Assembly (NCBI RefSeq): GCF_963921235.1
Contig: NC_086107.1
Coordinates: 116,500,001-116,564,000, forward strand
Source of the DNA: Mobula hypostoma
Taxonomy: Eukaryota
Direction of reading: 5' to 3'
DNA: 64,000 bases
Numbering within the stretch: the first letter of the stretch is position 1; each line of letters begins with the position of its first letter. A program made the translations under genes and the position numbers. The notes under the pieces were generated by a model. It saw only the letters and a list, made by a program, of their open reading frames with translations, did not search any database and was not told the origin of the DNA. Positions 50,301 through 62,300 of the stretch are shown here, one piece after another.

Positions 50301-53300
50301 GGAGAGAGGGGTTGATGGAGATGGGGAAAGAGGGGTTGTCGGAGATGGAGAGAGAGGAGTTGATGGAGATGGGGAAAGGGGTTGTCGGAGATGGGGAGAG
50401 GGGTTGATGGAGATGGGGAGGGGGGTGTCAGAGATGTGGAGAGGGGTTGATGGAGATGGGGAGAGAAGGTTTGATGGAGATGTGGAGAGAGGGGGTGTCA
50501 GAGATTGGGGAGAGGGAGTGTCAGAGATTGGGAGAGAGGGGCCGTCGGAGATGGGGAGAGAGGGGTTGTCGGAGATGGGGAGAGGGGGGTTTTGGAGATG
50601 AGGAAGAGAGGGTGTGTCGGAGATGGGGGAGAGAGGGTGTGTCGGAGATGGGGAGAGGGGTTGATGGAGATGGGGAGAGGGGGTTGATGGAGATGGGGGG
50701 TGTCGGAGATGGGGAAAGAGGGGTTGTCGGAGATGGAGAGAGGGGTTGATGGAGATGGGGAGAGCGGGTTGATGGAGATTGGGGGTGTTGTAGATGGGGA
50801 GAGGGGTTAATGGAGATGGGGAGGGGGGTGTCGGAGAGGGGGGAGAGAGGGTGTGTCAGAGATGGGGGAGAGAGGGGGTGTCAGAGATTGGGGAGAGGGA
50901 GTGTCAGAGATTGGGAGAGTGGGGCTGTCGGAGATGGGGAGAGAGGGGTTGTCGGAGATGGGGAGAGGGGGGTGTCGGAGATGAGGGAGAGAGGGTGTGT
51001 CGGAGATGGGGAGAGAGGGTTTGATGGAGATGTGGAGAGAGGGGTTGATGGAGATGGGGGGTGTCGGAGATGGAGAGAGGGGTTGATGGAGATGGGGAGG
51101 GGCTTGATGGAGATGGGGAGGGGAGGTGTCGGAGATGGGGAGAGAGGAGTTGATGGAGATGGGGAAAGGGGTTGTCGGAGATGGGAAGAGGGGGGTTGAT
51201 GGAGATGGGGAGAGAAGGTTTGATGGAGATGGGGAGAGAGGGGTTGATGGAGATGGGGAGAGAGGGGTTGATGGAGATGGGGAGAGAGGGGTTGTCGGAG
51301 ATGGGGAGGGGGGGTGTCGGAGATGGGGAGAGAGGGTGTGTCGGAGATGAAGAGAGAGGGGTTGATGGAGATGGGGGGTGTCGGAGATGGGGAAAGAGGG
51401 GTTGTCGGAGATGGAGAGAGGGGTTGATGGAGATGGGGAGAGGGGGTTGATGGAGATTGGGGGGTGTCGGAGATGGGGAGAGGGGGTTGTCGGAGATGGG
51501 GAGAGAGGGGTGTTGGAGATGGGGAGAGGGGTTGATGGAGATGGGGAGAGGGGTTGATGGAGATGGGGAGAGAGGGGGTGTCGGAGATGGGGGAGAGGGA
51601 GTGTCAGAGATTGGGAGAGAGGGGCCGTCGGAGATGGGGAGAGAGGGGTTGATGGAGATGGGGAGAGGGGGTTGATGGAGATGGGTGTCCGAGATGGGGA
51701 AAGAGGGGTTGATGGAGATGGGTGTCGGAGATGGGGAAAGAGGGGTTGTCGGAGATGGAGGGAGGGGTTGATGGAGATGTGGAGAGAGAGGTTGATGGAG
51801 ATGTGGAGAGAGGGGTTGTTGGAGATGGGGAGAGGGGTTGATGGAGATGGGGAGAGGGGTTGATGGAGATGGGGAGAGGGTGTTGATGGAGATGGGGGGT
51901 GTCGGAGATGGAGAGAGCGGTTGATGGAGATGGGGAGGGGGTTGATGGAGATGGGGTGGGGGTGTCGGAGATGGGGAGAGAGGGGTTGTCGGAGATGGGG
52001 AGAGAGGAGTTGATGGAGATGGGGAAAGGGGTTGTCGGAGATGGGGAGAGGGGGGTTGATGGAGATGGGGAGAGAAGGTTTGATGGAGATGGGGAGAGAG
52101 GGGTTGATGGAGATGGGGAGAGAGAGTGTGTCGGAGATGAAGAGAGAGGGGTTGATGGAGATGGGGGGGTGTCGGAGATGGGGAAAGAGGGGTTGTCGGA
52201 GATGGAGAGAGGGGTTGATGGAGATGGGGAGAGGGGGTTGATGGAGATTGGGGGGTGTCGGAGATGGGGAGAGGGGGTTGTCGGAGATGGGGAGAGAAGG
52301 GTGTGTTGGAGATGGGGAGAGGGGTTGATGGAGATGGGGAGAGGGGTTGATGGAGTTGGGGAGAGAGGGGGTGCCCGAGATGGGGGGAGGGAGTGTCAGA
52401 GATTGGGAGAGAGGGGCCGTCAGAGATGAGGAGAGAGGGGTTGATGGAGATGGGGAGAGGGGGTTGATGGAGATGGGTGTCCGAGATGGGGAAAGAGGGT
52501 TTGATGGAGATGGGTGTCTGAGATGGGGAAAGAGGGGTTGTCGGAGATGGAGGGAGGGGTTGATGGAGATGTAGAGAGAGGGGTTGATGGAGATGTGGAG
52601 AGAGGGGTTGTTGGAGATGGGGAGAGGGTTTGATGGAGATGGGGGGTGTCGGAGATGGGGAAAGAGGGGTTGTCGGAGGGAGAGAGGCGTTGTCAGAGAT
52701 GGGGAGAGGGATTGATGGAGATTAGGGGGTGTCGGAGATGGGGAGAGGGGGTTGTCGGAGATGGGGAGAGAGGGGTTGTTGGCGATGGGGAGAGGGTGTT
52801 GATGGAGATGGGGGGTGTCGGAGATGGGGAAAGAGGGTTTGTCGGAGGGAGAGAGGGGTTGATGGAGATGTGGAGAGAGGAGGTGTCAGAGATGGGGAGA
52901 GGGGGTTGATGGACATTGAGGGGTGTCGGAGATGGGGAGAGAGGGGTGTTGGAGATGCGGAGAGAGGGTTTGATGGAGATGTGGAGAGAGGGGTTGATGG
53001 AGATGGGGGTGTCGGAGATGGAGAGAGGGGTTGATGGAGATGGGGAGGGGCTTGATGGAGATGGGGAGGGGGGGTGTCGGAGATGGGGAGAGAGGAGTTG
53101 ATGGAGATGGGGAAAGGGGTTGTCGGAGATGGGAAGAGGGGGGTTGATGGAGATGGGGAGAGAAGGTTTGATGGAGATGGGGAGAGAGGGGTTGATGGAG
53201 ATGGGGAGAGAGGGGTTGTCGGAGATGGGGAGGGGGTGTCGGAGATGGGGAGAGAGGGTGTGTCGGAGATGAAGAGAGAGGGGTTGATGGAGATGGGGGG

Positions 53301-56300
53301 TGTCGGAGATGGGGAAAGAGGGGTTGTCGGAGATGGAGAGAGGGGTTGATGGAGATGGGGAGAGGGGGTTGATGGAGATTGGCGGGTGTCGGAGATGGGG
53401 AGAGGGGGTTGTCGGAGATGGGGAGAGAGGGGTGTTGGAGATGGGGAGAGGGGTTGATGGAGATGGGGAGAGGGGTTGATGGAGATGGGGAGAGAGGGGG
53501 TGTCGGAGATGGGGGAGAGGGAGTGTCAGAGATTGGGAGAGAGGGGCCGTCGGAGATGGGGAGAGAGGGGTTGATGGAGATGGGGAGAGGGGTTGATGGA
53601 GATGGGTGTCCGAGATGGGGAAAGAGGGGTTGATGGAGATGGGGAGAGGGGTTGATGGAGATGGGGAGAGGGGTTGATGGAGATGGGGAGAGGGTGTTGA
53701 TGGAGATGGGGGGTGTCGGAGATGGAGAGAGGGGTTGATGGAGATGGGGAGGGGGTTGATGGAGATGGGGTGGGGGGGTGTCGGAGATGGGGAGAGAGGG
53801 GTTGTCGGAGATGGGGAGAGAGGAGTTGATGGAGATGGGGAAAGGGGTTGTCGGAGATGGGGAGAGGGGGGTTGATGGAGATGGGGAGAGAAGGTTTGAT
53901 GGAGATGGGGAGAGAGGGGTTGATGGAGATGGGGAGAGAGAGTGTGTCGGAGATGAAGAGAGAGGGGTTGATGGAGATGGGGGGTGTCGGAGATGGGGAA
54001 AGAGGGGTTGTCGGAGATGGAGAGAGGGGTTGATGGAGATGGGGAGAGGGGGTTGATGGAGATTGGGGGGTGTCGGAGATGGGGAGAGGGGGTTGTCGGA
54101 GATGGGGAGAGAGGGGTGTTGGAGATGGGGAGAGAGGGGGTGTCGGAGATGGGGGAGAGGGAGTGTCAGAGATTGGGAGAGAGGGGCCGTCGGAGATGAG
54201 GAGAGAGGGGTTGATGGAGATGGGGAGAGGGGGTTGATGGAGATGGGTGTCCGAGATGGGGAAAGAGGGGTTGATGGAGATGGGTGTCTGAGATGGGGAA
54301 AGAGGGGTTGTCGGAGATGGAGGGAGGGGTTGATGGAGATGTAGAGAGAGGGGTTGATGGAGATGTGGAGAGAGGGGTTGTTGGAGATGGGGAGAGGGTT
54401 TGATGGAGATGGGGGGTGTCGGAGATGGGGAGAGGGGGTTGATGGAGATTGAGGGGTGACGGAGATGGGGAGAGAGGGCTGTCGGAGATGGGGAGAGAGG
54501 GGTTGATGGAGATGGGGAAAAAGGGGTTGTCAGAGATGGAGAGAGAGGAGTTGATGGAGATGGGGAAAGGGGTTGCCGGAGATGGGGAGAGGGGTTGATG
54601 GAGATGGGGATGGGGGTGTCAGAGATGTGGAGAGGGGTTGATGGAGATGGGGAGAGAAAGTTTGATGGAGATGTGGAGAGAGGGGGTGTCAGAGATTGGG
54701 GAGAGGGAGTGTCAGAGATTGGGAGAGAGGGGCCGTCGGAGATGGGGAGAGAGGGGTTGTTGGAGATGGGGAGAGGGGGGTTTTGGAGATGAGGAAGAGA
54801 GGGTGTGTCGGAGATGGGGGAGAGAGGGTGTGTCGGAGATGGGGAGAGGGTTTGATGGAGATGGGGAGAGAGGGGTTGATGGAGATGGGGGGTGTCGGAG
54901 ATGGGGAAAGAGGGGTTGTCGGAGGGAGAGAGGCGTTGTCAGAGATGGGGAGAGGGATTGATGGAGATTAGGGGGTGTCGGAGATGGGGAGAGGGGGTTG
55001 TCGGAGATGGGGAGAGTGGGGTTGTTGGAGATGGGGAGAGGGTGTTGATGGAGATGGGGGTGTCGGAGATGGGGAAAGAGGGTTTGTCGGAGGGAGAGAG
55101 GGGTTGATGGAGATGTGGAGAGAGGAGGTGTCAGAGATGGGGAGAGGGGTTGATGGAGATTAGGGGGTGTCGGAGATGGGGAGAGGGGGTTGTTGGAGAT
55201 GGGGAGAGGGGGTTGATGGAGATTGAGGGGTGTCGGAGATGGGGAGAGAGCGGTGTTGGAGATGCGGAGAGGGGGTTGATGGAGATTGGGGGGTGTCGGA
55301 GATGGGGAGAGGGGCTTGATGGAGATTGAGGGGTGTCGGAGATGGGGAGAGAGGGGTGTTGGAGATGCGGAGAGGGGGTTGATGGAGATTGAGGGGTGTC
55401 GGAGATGGGGAGAGGGTGTTGATGGAGATTGGGGGGTGTCAGAGATGGGGGGAGGGGGGTGTCGGAGATGGGGAAAGGGGGTTGATGGAGATTGAGGGGT
55501 GTCGGAGATGGGGAGAGGGGGTTGATGGAGATTGGTGGGTGTCGGAGATGGGGAGGGGTGTGTCGGAGATGGGGAGAAGGGGTTGATGGAGATTGAGTGG
55601 TGTTGGAGATGGGGAGAGAGGGGTGTTGGAGATGTGGAGAGGGGGTTGATGGAGATTGGGGGGTGTCGGAGATGGGGAGAGGGGGTTGATGGAGATTGAG
55701 GGGTGTCGTAGATAGGGAGAGAGGGGTGTTGGAGATGCGGAGAGGGGGTTGATGGAGATTGGGGGTGTCGGAGATGAAGAGAGGGGGTTGATGGAGATTG
55801 ACGGGTGTCGGAGATGGGGAGAGGGGGATGATGGAGATTGGGGGGTGTCGGAGATCGGGAGAGGGGGGTGTCGGAGATGGGGAGAGGGGGTTGTTGGAGA
55901 TTGAGGGGTGTCGGAGATGGGGAGAGAGGGCTGTCGGAGATGGGGAGAGAGGGGTTGATGGAGATGGGGAAAGAGGGGTTGTCGGAGATGGAGAGAGAGG
56001 AGTTGATGGAGATGGGGAAAGGGGTTGTCGGAGATGGGGAGAGGGGTTGATGGAGATGGGGAGGGGGGTGTCAGAGATGTGGAGAGGGGTTGATGGAGAT
56101 GGGGAGAGAAGGTTTGATGGAGATGTGGAGAGAGGGGGTGTCAGAGATTGGGGAGAGGGAGTGTCAGAGATTGGGAGAGAGGGGCCGTCGGAGATGGGGA
56201 GAGAGGGGTTGTCGGAGATGGGGAGAGGGGGGTTTTGGAGATGAGGAAGAGAGGGTGTGTCGGAGATGGGGGAGAGAGGGTGTGTCGGAGATGGGGAGAG

Positions 56301-59300
56301 GGGTTGATGGAGATGGGGAGAGGGGGTTGATGGAGATGGGGGGGTGTCGGAGATGGGGAAAGAGGGGTTGTCGGAGATGGAGAGAGGGGTTGATGGAGAT
56401 GGGGAGAGCGGGTTGATGGAGGTTGGGGGTGTTGGAGATGGGGAGAGAGGGGTGTCGGAGATGGGGAGAGGGGTTGATGTAGATGGGGAGGGGGGTGTGT
56501 CGGAGATGGGGGAGAGAGGGGGTGTCAGAGATTGGGGAGAGGGAGTGTCAGAGATTGGGAGAGTGGGGTTGTCGGAGATGGGGAGAGAGGGGTTGTCGGA
56601 GATGGGGAGAGGGGGGGTGTCGGAGATGAGGGAGAGAGGGTGTGTCGGAGATGGGGAGAGAGGGTTTGATGGAGATGTGGAGAGAGGGGTTGATGGAGAT
56701 GGGGGTGTCGGAGATGGAGAGAGGGGTTGATGGAGATGGGGAGGGGCTTGATGGAGATGGGGAGGGGGGTGTCGGAGATGGGGAGAGAGGAGTTGATGGA
56801 GATGGGGAAAGGGGTTGTCGGAGATGGGAAGAGGGGGGTTGATGGAGATGGGGAGAGAAGGTTTGATGGAGATGGGGAGAGAGGGGTTGATGGAGATGGG
56901 GAGAGAGGGGTTGATGGAGATGGGGAGAGAGGGGTTGTCGGAGATGGGGAGGGGGGTGTCGGAGATGGGGAGAGAGGGTGTGTCGGAGATGAAGAGAGAG
57001 GGGTTGATGGAGATGGGGGGTGTCGGAGATGGGGAAAGAGGGGTTGTCGGAGATGGAGAGAGGGGTTGATGGAGATGGGGAGAGGGGGTTGATGGAGATT
57101 GGCGGGTGTCGGAGATGGGGAGAGGGGGTTGTCGGAGATGGGGAGAGAGGGGTGTTGGAGATGGGGAGAGGGGTTGATGGAGATGGGGAGAGGGGTTGAT
57201 GGAGATGGGGAGAGAGGGGGTGTCGGAGATGGGGGAGAGGGCGTGTCAGAGATTGGGAGAGAGGGGCCGTCGGAGATGGGGAGAGAGGGGTTGATGGAGA
57301 TGGGGAGAGGGGGTTGATGGAGATGGGTGTCCGAGATGGGGAAAGAGGGGTTGATGGAGATGGGGAGAGGGGTTGATGGAGATGGGGAGAGGGGTTGATG
57401 GAGATGGGGAGAGGGTGTTGATGGAGATGGGGGGTGTCGGAGATGGAGAGAGGGGTTGATGGAGATGGGGAGGGGGTTGATGGAGATGGGGTGGGGGGGT
57501 GTCGGAGATGGGGAGAGAGGGGTTGTCGGAGATGGGGAGAGAGGAGTTGATGGAGATGGGGAAAGGGGTTCTCGGAGATGGGGAGAGGGGGGTTGATGGA
57601 GATGGGGAGAGAAGGTTTGATGGAGATGGGGAGAGAGGGGTTGATGGAGATGGGGAGAGAGAGTATGTCGGAGATGAAGAGAGAGGGGTTGATGGAGATG
57701 GGGGGTGTCGGAGATGGGGAAAGAGGGGTTGTCGGAGATGGAGAGAGGGGTTGTTGGAGATGGGGAGAGGGGGTTGATGGAGATTGGGGGGTGTCGGAGA
57801 TGGGGAGAGGGGGTTGTCGGAGATGGGGAGAGAGGGGTGTTGGAGATGGGGAGAGGGGTTGATGGAGATGGGGAGAGGGGTTGATGGAGATGGGGAGAGA
57901 GGGGGTGTCGGAGATGGGGGAGAGGGAGTGTCAGAGATTGGGAGAGAGGGGCCGTCGGAGATGAGGAGAGAGGGGTTGATGGAGATGGGGAGAGGGGGTT
58001 GATGGAGATGGGTGTCCGAGATGGGGAAAGAGGGGTTGATGGAGATGGGTGTCTGAGATGGGGAAAGAGGGGTTGTCGGAGATGGAGGGAGGGGTTGATG
58101 GAGATGTAGAGAGAGGGGTTGATGGAGATGTGGAGAGAGGGGTTGTTGGAGATGGGGAGAGGGTTTGATGGAGATGGGGGGTGTCGGAGATGGGGAGAGG
58201 GGGTTGATGGAGATTGAGGGGTGTCGGAGATGGGGAGAGAGGGCTGTCGGAGATGGGGACAGAGGGGTTGATGGAGATGGGGAAAAAGGGGTTGTCAGAG
58301 ATGGAGAGAGAGGAGTTGATGGAGATGGGGAAAGGGGTTGCCGGAGATGGGGAGAGGGGTTGATGGAGATGGGGAGGGGGGTGTCAGAGATGTGGAGAGG
58401 GGTTGATGGAGATGGGGAGAGAAAGTTTGATGGAGATGTGGAGAGAGGGGGTGTCAGAGATTGGGGAGAGGGAGTGTCAGAGATTGGGAGAGAGGGGTTG
58501 TTGGAGATGGGGAGAGGGGGGTTTTGGAGATGAGCAAGAGAGGGTGTGTCGGAGATGGGGGAGAGAGGGTGTGTCGGAGATGGGGAGAGGGTTTGATGGA
58601 GATGGGGAGAGAGGGGTTGATGGAGATGGGGAGAGGGGGTTGATGGAGATGGGGGGTGTCGGAGATGGGGAAAGAGGGGTTGTCGGAGATGGAGAGAGGG
58701 GTTGATGGAGATGGGGAGAGCGGGTTGATGGAGATTGGGGGTGTTGGAGATGGGGAGAGGGGGTTGTCGGAGATGGGGAGAGAGGGGTGTCGGAGATGGG
58801 GAGAGGGGTTGATGGAGATGGGGAGGGGGGTGTCGGAGAGGGGGGAGAGAGGGTGTGTCAGAGATGGGGGAGAGAGGGGGTGTCAGAGATTGGGGAGAGG
58901 GAGTGTCAGAGATTGGGAGAGTGGGGCTGTCGGAGATGGGGAGAGAGGGTGTGTCGGAGATGGGGAGAGAGGGTTTGATGGAGATCTGGAGAGAGGGGTT
59001 GATGGAGATGGGGAGGGGGGTTGATGGAGATGGGGGGTGTCGGAGATGGAGAGAGGGGTTGATGGAGATGGGGAGGGCGTTGATGGAGATGGGGAGGGGG
59101 GGTGTCGGAGATGGGGAGAGAGGAGTTGATGGAGATGGGGAAAGGGGTTGTCGGAGATGGGGAGAGGAGGGTTGATGGAGATGGGGAGAGAAGGTTTGAT
59201 GGAGATGGGGAGAGAGGGGTTGATGGAGATGGGGAGAGAGGGGTTGTCGGAGATGGGGAGGGGGGTTGTTGGAGATGGGGAGAGAGGGTGTGTCGGAGTT

Positions 59301-62300
59301 GAAGAGAGAGGGGTTGATGGAGATGGGGGGTGTCGGAGATGGGGAAAGAGTGGTTGTCGGAGATGGAGAGAGGGGTTGATGGAGATGGGGAGAGGGGGTT
59401 GATGGAGATTGGGGGGTGTCGGAGATGGGGAGAGGGGGTTGTCGGAGATGGGGAGAGAGGGGTGTTGGAGATGAGGAGAGGGGTTGATGGAGATGGGCAG
59501 AGGGGTTGATGGAGATGGGGAGAGGGGTGGATGGAGATGGGGAGAGAGGGGGTGTCGGAGATGGGGGAGAGGGAGTGTCAGAGATTGGGAGAGAGGGGCC
59601 GTCGGAGATGGGGAGAGAGGGGTTGATGGAGATGGGGAGAGGGGGTTGATGGAGATGGGTGTCCGAGATGGGGAAAGAGGGGTTGATGGAGATGGGTGTC
59701 GGAGATGGGGAAAGAGGGGTTGTCGGAGATGGAGGGAGGGGTTGATGGAGATGTGGAGAGAGGGGTTGTTGGAGATGGGGAGAGGGGTTGATGGAGATGG
59801 GGAGAGGGGGTTGATGGAGATGGGGGGTGTCGGAGATGGAGAGAGGGGTTGATGGAGATGGGGAGAGAGGGTGTGTCGGAGATGAAGAGAGAGGGGTTGA
59901 TGGAGATGGGGGGGTGTCGGAGATGGGGAAAGAGGGTGTGTCGGAGATGAAGAGAGAGGGGTTGATGGAGATGGGGGGGTGTCGGAGATGGGGAAAGAGG
60001 GGTTGTCGGAGATGGAGAGAGGGGTTGATGGAGATGGGGAGAGGGGGTTGATGGAGATTGGGGGGTGTCGGAGATGGGGAGAGGGGGTTGTCGGAGATGG
60101 GGAGAGAGGGGTGTTGGAGATGGGGAGAGGGGTTGATGGAGATGGGGAGAGGGGGTTGATGGAGATGGGTGTCCGAGATGGGGAAAGAGGGGTTGATGGA
60201 GATGGGGAGAGAGGGGTTGATGAAGATTGGGGGTGTCGGAGATGGGGAGAGAGGGGTTGGTGGAGATTGGGGGGTGTCGGAGATGGGGAGAGGGGTTGAT
60301 GGAGATGGGGAGAGAGGGGTTGATGGAGATGGGGTGAGGGGTTGATGGAGATGGGGAGAGGGGGTGTCAGAGGGGGAGAGAGGGGTTGTTGGAGATGGGG
60401 AGAGAGGGGTTGATGGAGATGGGGAGAGGGGTTGATGGAGATGGGGAGAGGGGTTGATGGAGATGGGGAAGAGGGTGTGTCGGAGATGAAGAGAGAGGGG
60501 TTGATGGAGATGGGGGGTGTCGGAGATGGGGAAAGAGGGGTTGTCGGAGATGGAGAGAGGGGTTGATGGAGATGGGGAGAGGGGGTTGATGGAGATTGGG
60601 GGGTGTCGGAGATGGGGAGAGGGAGTTGTCGGAGATGGGGAGAGAGGGGTGTTGGAGATGGGGAGAGGGGTTGATGGAGATGGGGAGAGGGGTTGATGGA
60701 GATGGGGAGAGAGGGGGTGTCGGAGATGGGGGAGAGGGAGTGTCAGAGATTGGGAGAGAGGGGCTGTCGGAGATGGGGAGAGAGGGGTTGATGGAGATGG
60801 GGAGAGGGGGTTGATGGAGATGGGTGTCCGAGATGGGGAAAGAGGGGTTGATGGAGATGGGTGTCGGAGATGGGGAAAGAGGGGTTGTCGGAGATGGAGG
60901 GAGGGGTTGATGGAGATGTGGAGAGAGGGGTTGATGGAGATGTGGAGAGAGGGGTTGTTGGAGATGGGGAGAGGGGTTGATGGAGATGGGGAGAGGGGTT
61001 GATGGAGATGGGGAGAGGGGTTGATGGAGATGGGGAGAGAGGGGGTGTCGGAGATGGGGGAGAGGGAGTGTCAGAGATTGGGAGAGAGGGGCTGTCAGAG
61101 ATGGGGAGAGACGGGTTGATGGAGATGGGGAGAGGGGGTTGATGGAGATGGGTGTCCGAGATGGGGAAAGAGGGGTTGATGGAGATGGGTGTCGGAGATG
61201 GGGAAAGAGGGGTTGTCGGAGATGTGGAGAGAGGGGTTGATGGAGATGTGGAGAGAGGGGTTGTTGGAGATGGGGAGAGGGGTTGATGGAGATGGGGAGA
61301 GGGGTTGATGGAGATGGGGAGAGAAGGTTTGATGGAGATGGGGAGGGGTGGTGTCGGAGATGGGGAGAGAGGGTGTGTCGGAGATGAAGAGAGAGGGGTT
61401 GATGGAGATGGGGGGTGTCGGAGATGGGGAAAGAGGGGTTGTCGGAGATGGAGAGAGGGGTTGATGGAGATGGGGAGAGGGGGTTGATGGAGATTGGGGG
61501 GTGTCAGAGATGCGGAGAGGGGGTTGTCGGAGATGGGGAGAGAGGGGTGTTGGAGATGGGGAGAGGGGTTGATGGAGATGGGGAGAGGGGTTGATGGAGA
61601 TGGGGAGAGAGGGGGTGTCGGAGATGGGGGAGAGGGAGTGTCAGAGATTGGGAGAGAGGGGCCGTCGGAGATGGGGAGAGAGGGGTTGATGGAGATGGGG
61701 AGAGGGGGTTGATGGAGATGGGTGTCCGAGATGGGGAAAGAGGTGTTGATGGAGATGGGTGTCGGAGATGGGGAAAGAGGGGTCGTCGGAGATGGAGGGA
61801 GGGGTTGATGGAGATGTGGAGAGAGGGGTTGTTGGAGATGGGGAGAGGGGTTGATGGAGATGGGGGGTGTCGGAGATGGGGAAAGAGGGGTTGTCGGAGG
61901 GAGAGAGGGGTTGTCAGAGATGGGGAGAGGGATTGATGGAGATTAGGGGGTGTCGGAGATGGGGAGAGGGGGTTGTCGGAGATGGGGAGAGAGGGGTTGA
62001 TGGAGAATGGGAGGGGGGTGTCGGAGGTGGGGAGAGAGGGGGTGTCGGAGATGGGGAGAGGGGTTGATGGAGATGTGGAGAGAGGGGTTGATGGAGATGT
62101 GGAGAGAGGGGTTGTTGGAGATGGGGAGAGGGGGTTGATGGAGATGGGGGGTGTCGGAGATGGGGAAAGAGGGGTTGTCGGAGGGAGAGAGGGGTTGATG
62201 GAGATGTGGAGAGAGGGGTTGATGGAGATGGGGAAAGAGGGGTTGTCGGAGATGGAGAGAGAGGAGTTGATGGAGATGGGGAAAGGGGTTGTCGGAGATG

